Assembly (NCBI RefSeq): GCF_009914755.1
Contig: NC_060926.1
Origin: the human T2T-CHM13v2.0 reference genome, Homo sapiens
Strand: one strand, 5' to 3'
DNA length: 64,000 bases
In this document: piece after piece, positions 15,127-27,560 of the stretch
Numbering within the stretch: position 1 is the stretch's first letter
Layout of the letters: every line of letters starts with the position of its first letter
Translations under genes and position numbers: made by a program
The notes under the pieces: generated by a model
Told to the model about the DNA's origin: nothing
What the model saw: only the letters and a program-made list of their open reading frames with translations
Databases searched by the model: none

Positions 15127-15626
15127 GTTCCAATTGTTCCACACCCTCAGTGGATGTGGTCAGTTTTAATTTAGATCTGTAATCCATTGGGGTTAAATTT
15201 TGTATGTAATCAAAGTTTGGATCAAAGTTCACTTTTTTCCTTGTGGTAAAAATCCAATTGTTCTAGAACCATTTGTTGAAAGGACTATCCTACATTATCT
15301 TTGCACCTTTGTCAAAAACCAACTGATTATCAGTCAATGGTGCTTTGTTTTTTTAATTCTGTTTTGATTCATTTTTCTATTTGTCCATCTTTACACTAAC
15401 ACCATACTGTCTTAATGGCTACAACCTTATAATAATTAAGTCTTGAAATCTGACAGAATGAGTCCTCAACTTTCTTAATCTTTTTCAGAGTGACTTTGGC
15501 TATTCTGGATTCTTTGCATTTCAGTGTACATTTTAGAATCAGCTATTGATTTCTACCAAAAGAAACTGCAGGAATTTTTATTGAGTTTGCATTAAATCTG
15601 TAGATCAGATTTATGGAGTTGACATC

Positions 15627-15993
15627 TGATGTAGTTTGGCTGTGTTGCCACCCAAAATCTCATCTTGAATTGTAATCTCCATAATCCCCACGTGTCAAGG
15701 GAGAGAACAGATGGAGGTAATTGAATAATGGGGCAGTTTCCTCCATGCTGTTCTTGTGATAGTGAGTGAGTTCTCGTGAGCTCTGGTGGTTTTATAAGGG
15801 GCCCTTCCCTCATCACTGGGCACTTCTCCTTCCTGCCGCCCTGTGAAGAAGGTTTCCCCTTTGCCGTCTGCCAGAATTGTAAGTTTCCTAAGGCCCCCAA
15901 GCCTTGCTGAACTGTGAGTCAATTAAATCTCTCCTTTATAAATTACCCAGTCTGAGGCAGTTCTTTATAGCAGTATGAAAACGGACTAATACA
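15627..15993 (+). mobile_element. THE1D-like solo LTR (ERVL-MaLR)
   Basis: TG...CA termini, ~367 bp, tgatgtagtttggctgtg...ggactaataca; 5-bp flanks ACATC/ATGTC. Confidence 0.88.
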
Positions 15994-16303
15994 ATGTCTC
16001 AATGTTAATATTGAGCCTTCTGACCCATATGTATATTCATGTATTTAGGTCTTTTAAAATCACTTCAGCAATAAATGGTTTTTTAAATTTCAGTTCACAA
16101 TTGTTTGTTGTTAGTATATAGAAATACAGCTGACTTTTGCATTTTAATTTTATCATGCTACCTTGCTAAACTCACTTATTCTAGTAGCTTTTTTGTTGAT
16201 TTCACAACATTGTCTTCTACATAGACAAACTCCTCTGTAAATGAAGATGATTTTCTTTCTTTCCAATCTGAATACATTTTATTTCTTTGTCTTATGTTAT
16301 TGC

Positions 16304-16425
16304 ATGAGTCAGCGAACTTATAGACAGTTTTATTCTTTATGCACTGTCTATACCTGCTTTCATGCTACAATGGCAGAGTTGTGTAGTTGCCACAGAGACT
16401 GACAGAAAAAGTTGGTCAAATTCTG
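16304..16425 (+). mobile_element. MER58A remnant (hAT)
   Basis: 'gctttcatgctacaatggcagagttgtgtagttgccacagagac...acagaaaaagtt' matches recalled MER58A. Confidence 0.65.
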
Positions 16426-16850
16426 CCGTACTGTGCTGGTGATGAGAGCAAACATTCTTGCCTTGTTTGTGATCTTAAGTGGAAAGCATTCAGTCTTGCA
16501 TGATTAAGTAATGACGTTAGCTGTATATCATAAATGCACTGAGGAAGTTTTTTTTCTGTTCCTAGTTTACTGAGACTTAGTGGGGGGTTGCTTTGTATTT
16601 TGTTTTAATCAAGAATGGATTTTGGATTTTGTCAAATCTTTTTCTCAATCTACTGAGATGATCAAATGGCTTTTTTAAAAACTTATTAATATGGTGAAAA
16701 CAGCCTGAATTCCTAGGATAAACCCCACTTGAGCCTGATACATTTTCTTTTTATATATTGTTGGATTTGATTTGATAAAACTTAGCGTACTTGTTTCTAT
16801 GTTCATAATTGATGAATTAATCTGTAGTTTTTGTATCAGGATAATGCTGT

Positions 16851-16936
16851 TGAAACCAGCTCAATAGTCCCATAGACAGTTATTTTTGATTAAACATAGA
16901 AATTGACCCTTCTGCTGTTAAAGCTTGAAATTTATA
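16851..16936 (+). mobile_element. 5' fragment of an ERV1-class LTR (family uncertain)
   Basis: TGAAACCAGCTCAATAGTCCCATAGACAG... resembles the start of a MER4-group LTR. Confidence 0.45.
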
Positions 16937-16958
16937 TAGGTTGGTGCAAAAGTAATTG
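16937..16958 (+). mobile_element. MADE1/Hsmar1 terminal inverted repeat fragment
   Basis: TAGGTTGGTGCAAAAGTAATTG. Confidence 0.75.
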
Positions 16959-18337
16959 TCAACTTTTGATCAACCCAAAGAACCAGCTTATGGTTTCACT
17001 GATTTTTCTCTATAAATTTGCTGTTTCACTGATTTCCCCTCTGATCTTTATTTCTTTTCTTCTGCTTACATGGGGTTTAATTTGCTTTTGTTCCTTAACC
17101 TAGCAGTTGAGGTTATTGATTGGATCCTTTTTCTAAAATAGGCATTGAGTACTACAGAACCCCCAGCTAATTCCTCACAGCTAGATCCTCATGTTTACCC
17201 AGGTAGCTTATGTTTTTAATCAACATTACTCTACTTTTGACAGAAATAGCTTTGCTAATATTGAGAAACTTAAGGTTTAAGACAACCTGAAAAGAATAAT
17301 CTGATTTTTCTAATAAGATTCTTTTTTAATGGCCAACATGAATGATACTTTAAGCATTTGAGTAGAAATTCTTTATATATGAATGGAGTATGAAATATTA
17401 AAATCTCACTAAAATAACAGATGTAATATAAACGTCAAGAACTGTAGGAGAAATTAATAAAGAGGTCTATTGAATTGCATAAAGAGTGTTTTTGTTGTAA
17501 TACATGTTTCCTTTGACTTCACTGTTTAAAGTGATTCCCCTAAATATGTTGCTTTTATGTTGAAGCCACAGTAACTACTAACAAATCATTTAAAACCCTA
17601 TAGAACTTTATAGGAGCTGAAATATTCAGTGGATGACCTCAGAAAAGATACAGATATATCATTATGTCTCATTTTTATTTTCAGGTGTTCAGATTAAAAC
17701 TATTGCTTTAAATTGGATATTAGAGCTCAAGAAATATTGAGACACGTTTGACCACTTTTGTTTCCTTGGTTCATTTACTTGTCCACATACTGAAGACTAC
17801 TGTAAAAACAGGGAAAACATTTTTAAATGACAACTTGTTCAAAATCTAAACTTTAAAAACTAAGCTCTAGAAATTCAAGGAAAATAATAAGATGACATTT
17901 TGTTTTGCCTCAAGCCCTGAACACATCATTGGTATAATCATTTAGCTAATGTCAAACAACATAGTGTCTGGCAAGATTTTAGCTAGAGTCAACTATCAAC
18001 TCTCCACAGCTTATCACTGAAATAACAAGCTTCGTGTGACCATATTAAAAATTATCAGTTTTACATTTGAAAGGCCCAGTGCCAACCTGGAAAAAATTGC
18101 TTGCATTGATGAGTAATAAATTCTACATTTTGCATATTCTCACAACTGCATGAATTCATTTCACAATGTTGGCAAATAATCTGAATTCTTGGTGGCACGG
18201 GTCCTCCGTATGCTGAGCGCCGGTCCCCTGGGCCCACTTTTCTTTCTCTATACTTTGTGTCTCTTTCTTTTCTCAGTCTCTCGTCCCACCCGACTGGAAA
18301 CACCCACAGGTGTGGAGGGGCAGGCCACCCCTTCATC

Positions 18338-18355
18338 TGGTGCCCAACGTGGGTG
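18338..18355 (+). other. Primer binding site (tRNA-Lys)
   Basis: TGGTGCCCAACGTGGGTG directly after the U5 end ...CCCCTTCA-TC. Confidence 0.9.
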
Positions 18356-18459
18356 CTTTTCTCTAGGTTGAAGGTATGCTCGAGCATGATCATTGAGGAC
18401 AAGTCGACGAGATTCCCGAGTACGTCTACAGTCAGCCTTGTGACATTTGAAGTTCTACA

Positions 18460-18867
18460 ATGAACCCGTCGGAGATGCAAAGAAAAGCACCTCCACGGAG
18501 ACAGAGACACCGCAGTCGAGCACCATCGGCTCACAAGATGAACAGAATGGTGATGTCAGAAGAACAGATGAAGTTGCCATCCACCAAGAAGGCGGAGCCG
18601 CCGACATGGGCACAATTAAAGAAGCTGACACAGTTAGCTAAAAAAAAGCCTAGAGAACACAAAGGTGACACAAACTCCAGAGAACATGCTGCTTGCAGCT
18701 TTGAAGACTGTATCAACAGTGTCTGCAGGTGTACCCAGCAGCTCCGAAGAGAGCGACCATCGAGAACGAGCCATGATGACAACGGTGGTTTTGTCGAAAA
18801 GAAGGGGGAAATGTGGGGAAAAGAAAGAGATATCAGACTGTTACTGTGTCTATGTAGAAAGAAGTAA
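18460..18867 (+). CDS. 135-aa Rec-derived chimeric ORF (translation unproven)
   Basis: [22 protein letters not shown]...[12 protein letters not shown] is Rec/Env signal peptide residues ~1-60; frameshift at the A8 tract 18640-18647. Confidence 0.55.
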   Translation: MNPSEMQRKAPPRRQRHRSRAPSAHKMNRMVMSEEQMKLPSTKKAEPPTWAQLKKLTQLAKKKPREHKGDTNSREHAACSFEDCINSVCRCTQQLRRERPSRTSHDDNGGFVEKKGEMWGKERDIRLLLCLCRKK

Positions 18868-19654
18868 ACATAAGAGACTCCATTTTGTTCTGTACCAAGT
18901 AAAATTTTGTCTTGAGATGCTGTTAATCTGTAACCCTACCCCCAACCCTGTGCTCGCAGAAACATGTGCTGTGTCAAGATTTAATGGATTTAGGGCTGTG
19001 CAGGATGTGCTTTGTTAAACAAATGCTTGAAGGCAGTATGCTCGTTAAAAGTCATCACCACTCCCTAATCTCAAGTACCCAGGGACACAAAACACAGTGG
19101 AAGGCCGAAGGGACCTCTGCCTAGGAAAGCCAGGTATTGTCCAAGGTTTCTCTCCATGTGATAGTCTGAAATATGGCCTCCTGGGAAGGAAAAGACCTGA
19201 CCGTCCCCAAGCCCAACACCCGTAAAGGGTCTGTGCTGAGGAGGATTAGTAAAAGAGGAAGACATCTGTCTCCTGCTCATCCCCTGGGCAATGGAATGTC
19301 TCAGTGTAAAACCCGATTGTATATTCCATCTACTGAGATAGGAGAAAACCGCCTTAGGGCTGGAGGTGAGACATGCTGGCAGCAATATTGCTCTTTAATG
19401 CACCGAGATGTTTATGTATGTGCGTATCAAAGCACAGCACCTTTTTCTTAACCTTGTTTATGACACAGAGACATTTGTTCACTTGTTTTCCTGCTGACCC
19501 TGTCCCCACTATTACCCTACTGTCCTGCCACATCCCCCTCTCCGAGATGGTCGAGATAATGATCAATAAATACTGAGGGAACTCAGAGACCGGTGCCGGT
19601 GCGGGTCCTCCCTATGCTGAGCACCGGTCCCCTGGGCCCACTTTTCTTTCTCTA
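18812..19654 (+). promoter_or_regulatory. HML-2 3' LTR U3-R (promoter/enhancer; Rec-responsive element region)
   Basis: Starts TGTGGGGAAAAG after the polypurine tract 18796-18811; AATAAA 19565-19570; U5 absent. Confidence 0.9.
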
Positions 19655-20201
19655 TTAAAAAAAAGAATCTGATTTCTTAACTGTAGTATACATACATATT
19701 TCTCTTCCAAGCAGGTATTAAAAACACATTGTCTGCTTCTCAGAGAGTTATAGTTGAGTTACTGCACTATGTCTTTTTGACAGTAGTTTTAAGGTTTGGA
19801 ACGTATTGGAGTTGCTTGAAAAGATTCATTATACTGCTTTATTAATGTAACCCCAGTGGGCTGAACCATTTGTATTCAGATACATGGGGAAATATGTAGT
19901 CTACTTTAAAACTGTTTTTCCACTGAAAAAAAAGAATTTTGTTAAATGAGGGGAAAAAAATAGGTAAATAATTGCAAAGTCAGTGTTTTCTGTTGGACTG
20001 TAGTAAATTATGGATGTTACTGGTACTTACTGAAGCATCAAAGTTATTTTAAAAAGAGAGACAAGCACAGAAGGCATGCCAGTACTCCTACTGCTTAATT
20101 TCAACTTCCCGGACAGTTAAGTGAAGTTTTGTTTTGGATGTGCTTCCATATGGCTTTGTTTTCTGAGCAAAAGTATATGAATTTGCCTTATACCATTTTA
20201 A

Positions 20202-20485
20202 TTTTTTTTTCTTTAGATGGAGTCTTGCTCTGTCACCCAGGCTGGAGTGCAGTGGCGGAGTCTTCGGCTCACTGCAACCTCTGCCTCCTGGGTTCAAGCG
20301 ATTCTCGTTCCTCAGCCTTCCAAGTAGCTGGGACTACAGGCATGCGGCCCCACTTGACTAATTTTTGCATTTTTAGTAAAGATGGGGTTTCGCCACGTTG
20401 GCCAGGCTAGTCTCGAACTCCTGGCCTCAAGTGATCTGCCTGCCTCAGCTTCCCAAAGTGCTGGCATGAGCCACCGAGCCTGGCC
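20202..20485 (-). mobile_element. Alu (old S/J)
   Basis: Dimeric Alu in reverse complement. Confidence 0.92.
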
Positions 20486-22119
20486 TGAATTTTTTAAATG
20501 CACTTTTTTCTCATTCACAGCAGCCATTAAATTCAAAATACTTTTATAGATCAATTCCATATAGTAATTTTAAGGTGTACTTTGCCTTTCCTGGGTGAGA
20601 GTTACATCTCTATATAAATGAAACAGTAAGTCATGGGCTTTCTCGTGTGAACACTAAGTGACTTGGCAATGTACCGTGTTGTTGTGAGTACATTGATAAT
20701 ACCGAGATAAATTCTGTTTTTCAGTCTTCATGTCATCACTGATGAGGGAGAACCCTCAGCTTGACAGTCTAAGGTAAGTTATGTGGGAAGCGATAATATT
20801 ATTACAGATGTGCTAATGTACAGGAAAGTGACAGAAAATGTAGACACTTGAGTGGCCCACATCAATTACTGCTGTATTTACCTTCTTGTATCAATCCATC
20901 TAGTCTTGAACTAAGAATACATTTATAACATGACCCTCAGGAGTTCACATTCACAAGAAAAATGGTGATGAAAATGTCATGAAATGATAAGCAGGAAGCA
21001 CACTGTGAAGTTGCCCTTTGGTATCCCAGCCAGCTCCTTTCAAACACAGCATTCCATGTGGGCCGTTGGTAATTTTCACTGGGCTCAAGATGATTAAGTA
21101 ATTATAGAACTGTCTTTAACCTCATTTGGTATTTACACTTTGAGGGTTTTTCTAAAGAAGTGTTCCTTTCCCATCTTTGATTATTCTCTATCCCTTGGCA
21201 ATCTCATTCACTTTCATGATTTAAATAATTGCTTCCATATGAACAACTGTATCTTCAGCCTCACATGTCCAGTAAGCTACTTACTGCACAGCTCAACGTG
21301 AATATCCTGCCAGTTCTTCACATTCCATACTAAAGTTGTTTTCTTTCCTAAATCTTTTCCTCCTTTTTCTTTCTTTTTTTCCCCCTGTTATTAAGATTTT
21401 ATTATCCAGCCAAGTGGACTAAAAAATATCTATTGGTTATTTTGCCAAACCAAGATTTCTCCTACATTCATCCTCTTTTCTATTCACATGGCCACTATCC
21501 TGTATTACTCAGGCTCTCATCTCCTTTCATAATTAGTCACATGTAATTTATCTTCCAAACTGAAACATTTTTTGAGTGTGGAAGGGACACTATGGAGAGT
21601 GAAGAAAACTCTTTTAGTACTTACATTAGACAACTGGTATACATTGGAACTGTCCTCTGCAAACTTGGGCATATGTTCACTGTACTTGTAATTAATTTAA
21701 CCTGTTTCCTTTCCTTCCCTTCCTGTAACCGATCCATCCAAAGCATTGCTGGATTTATCTTCTTAAGCATAGTTTTAATCATGAGGTCTCCCACTTCATA
21801 ATTCTTTAATGGCTCTAAATTGCCTACCAAATACAATCTAAATATTTAGGCCTAATCTTCAAACTCTCCTCTGGTGGCCCCAGCTTCCCTCTCCTACTTT
21901 CTTATTTCTTTAGTCAAGTAACTCACAATGTAATGCTTAACTTTTTTGATCCTGAGTTACCTCATTAGTAAGGTAGGGATTAAAATGTCTCTTCCTCAGT
22001 TGTGAAGCTGTAATGGGGTATTATATGTAAAGAAAGTAGGCTGGTATATAAGTACTTAGCAGCAAGTACTTAGTACATAGGCACTGAGGTATTAGTAGCT
22101 ATTATCACATACACTGTAG

Positions 22120-22438
<319 letters not shown>

Positions 22439-22968
22439 CATACACTGTAGTTTTCTATGTCTATGTGTTCCTACTTTATGAAATATTCTCTCTCACATCC
22501 CTTTTGACAGTGTTCACGTTCCTAAATCCTTCCTATCCTTGAATGTTTTGAAGATGTATTCCCATGAAGACTTTGATTCCCCAAAACGGGATTCAAAATT
22601 CACATGGCAATTAAGAATCTGTTTCTACCTTGTTTATGTGTGTATCTTGGCTCTTGTAATAAGAATGTTGTTTCCTCAAGGGCAGGCATTCTGTCATTCT
22701 TTGATGGTGCCCTCTCCCTTAGTGCTGTACATTTAAGCAAAGAATATTCGTTAACTTAATTTTTTAATTAATATTTTTAATATTTGTTAAAATTTTTTCA
22801 TCAAAGGGACCATTCCTTTGGAAATATTAAGACTCTGAGACTTACAGTACTGCCTTTGCCAAATATAGTACATCCATACAGTAAAATACTACACAGCCGT
22901 TTACAAGAATGAGAAAAGATTTTTCCATGTACTGACATGGAAAGATGACCATGATGTTCTGTTGAGCG

Positions 22969-23273
22969 TTTCTTTTTTTTTTTTTTTTTTTTGGAGACGA
23001 AGTCTCGCTCTGTCGCCCAGGGTGGAGTGCAGTGGCACAATCTCGGCTCACTGCAACCTCCGCCTCCGGGTTCAAGCAATTCTCCTGCCTCAGCCTCCTG
23101 AGTAACTGGGACTACAGGTGCACGTCACCACGCTCAGCTAATTTTTTTGTATTTTGGTAGAGAGGGTTTCACCGTGTTGCCCAGGCTGTTCTCAAACTCC
23201 TGAACTCAGGCAATCCGCCCGCCTCAGCCTCCCAAAGTGCTAGGATTACAGGTGTGAGCCACTGTGTCTGGCC
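22969..23273 (-). mobile_element. AluS
   Basis: Dimeric Alu with T tail. Confidence 0.92.
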
Positions 23274-23297
23274 TTTTTTTTTTTTTAAGACAAGTAT

Positions 23298-23793
23298 GGC
23301 TGTGTGTGGTAGCTCACACCCATAATCCCAGCACTTCGGGAGGCCACGGCAAGAGGATCACTTGAGGCCAGAAGTTTGAGACCAGCCTGGGTAACGTAGT
23401 GAGACCTTGTCTCTACAAAAAAAAAAAAAAAAAAAAAAAAAAAGCCAGATGTGGTGTTTCATGCCTGTGGTCCCAGCTACTTGGGAGGCTGAGGCAGGAG
23501 AGTCACTTGAGTCCAGGAATTTAAGGTTACAGTGTGTTGATTGCATCTCTGCACTCCAGCCTTGGCAACAGAGTAATATCCCAGCACTTTGGAGGCTGAA
23601 GCAGGAGGTTCACTAGAGCTTAGGAGGTCAAGACCTGCCTGGGCAACATAGTGAGTTCATCCCTACAAAAAATAAACAAAATAAGCCAGCTTATTTTGGT
23701 CCCAGCTACTCAGGAAGCTGAGGTTGGAGGATCGTTTAGCCTGGGAGGTTCAAGCTACACTGAGCCAAGAATGTGCCACTGCATTCAAGCCAG
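23298..23793 (+). mobile_element. Two adjacent AluJ-like elements; the first has an A27 central linker
   Basis: First Alu 23298-~23573; second, truncated Alu ~23575-23793. Confidence 0.85.
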
Positions 23794-23949
23794 GTGAGTG
23801 TATAGTGTGTATGTGTGTCTGGTATGTTCTTTTTTTCTGAAGATCTAGAAGTTACAGGCCTGTTAACAGTAGTCGTCTTTGGTGTTTATAGGGCAGAAGA
23901 GGTGTAACTATAGAGAATTTGATTGTCATGTTTTTGTTGTTGTTTTCAG

Positions 23950-26700
<2,751 letters not shown>

Positions 26701-27344
26701 GAATTAACTTTCTGTTTTACACATGCCTATTTGGTTCATACCATTTTTATAAGGAGTATGTATTCTAAAATACAAAATTATATTTGTGTAATATTTGCAT
26801 ATATATGCGAAAAGATGAATATGTTTACTGCCTAAAAATGTATTAAAAGCTTAAAATGTTTTGTTATATAAAATTTGAAAAATATAGAGTATAAAAAAGA
26901 AAAGTCACCAAATCCCACAACTCATAAACACTCAGTTAATATTTTTTCTCCATTGTGATTGGGAATTTTTTTGTTCTACATTATAGCATTACTTTCCTAT
27001 CTTAAAAACTGTATTGACATCATTTTAATAAGTTGAATGGCAGAAACATTCATGGGACTATGCCTAAATTTCTAAAATATTTATATAGCATGAATATAAG
27101 GAATATATATTTAAATTTGCATTTTATTGTAAATATAATTATACAAATGAGATATTATAATTAATTACTGGATATTTAAAGTACTTTGAGGGCTTTTTTA
27201 AATTTGGATTTTGTTAATTATTAAGTTTAGATTTGATTTTCCTTTACTTGGAGCTCAAACCCAATGGAATTGAGGAAAAATAACAGTCATATAAGGAGCA
27301 GTAGTAGTGATGACGTGGAGGAGGAGGAAGAAGAGAGGAGGAGA

Positions 27345-27560
27345 GCAATTTATGTCTATTGAGCACTTACTGTGTCCCAGGCATCATGCTAAAGTCTTTA
27401 CGTGATAATCTCATGTATTCCTCACAATAACCCTATGATCTGAGTACTGTTATGCCCATTTTACATAAAAGGTAAATGAGGCCCAGAAAAGTTAAGAAGA
27501 TTACCCAAGGTGCAGAGCCAGTAAGCATCAGAAGCAGAATTCCAATCCTGATTTGTCTTA
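27345..27560 (-). mobile_element. MIR
   Basis: 'attgagcacttactgtg...ctcacaataaccctatg...cccattttac...tgaggcccagaaaagttaag' MIR core. Confidence 0.75.

Larger units (their letters stand above)
14240..17150 (-). mobile_element. Old L1M (3' end plus ORF2 remnants), fragmented by nested insertions
   Basis: T-rich antisense L1 ORF2/3'UTR-like sequence interrupted by Alu, THE1, MER58A and LTR fragments; boundaries approximate. Confidence 0.75.
18191..19661 (+). pseudogene. L1-retrotransposed copy of spliced HERV-K(HML-2) rec mRNA (LTR5A/5B-type source)
   Basis: R-U5 (18191-18335); PBS; leader joined to env/rec exon at 18442/18443; rec junction at 18721/18722; U3-R (18812-19654); short A tail; 17-bp TSD; no gag, pro, pol or env SU/TM body. 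Confidence 0.96.

Noticed and set aside
18061-18534. 157-aa minus-strand ORF and other ORFs inside the LTR
   Set aside because: Antisense by-products of the HERV-K sequence with non-ATG or weak starts and no recognisable protein
18640-18648. Programmed -1 frameshift heptamer A_AAA_AAG
   Set aside because: Restoring Rec needs a +1 shift, and I see no stimulatory structure
18460-18777. Intact rec or np9 gene
   Set aside because: An extra A at 18640-18647 and 2-bp losses in the last exon break Rec; the type 2 sequence that np9-producing type 1 proviruses delete is present
18191-19661. Deleted HERV-K provirus, solo LTR or SVA
   Set aside because: Missing segments coincide with splice sites, both LTRs are incomplete in the way an mRNA would be, and the TSD is 17 bp; there is no SVA hexamer, Alu-like part or VNTR
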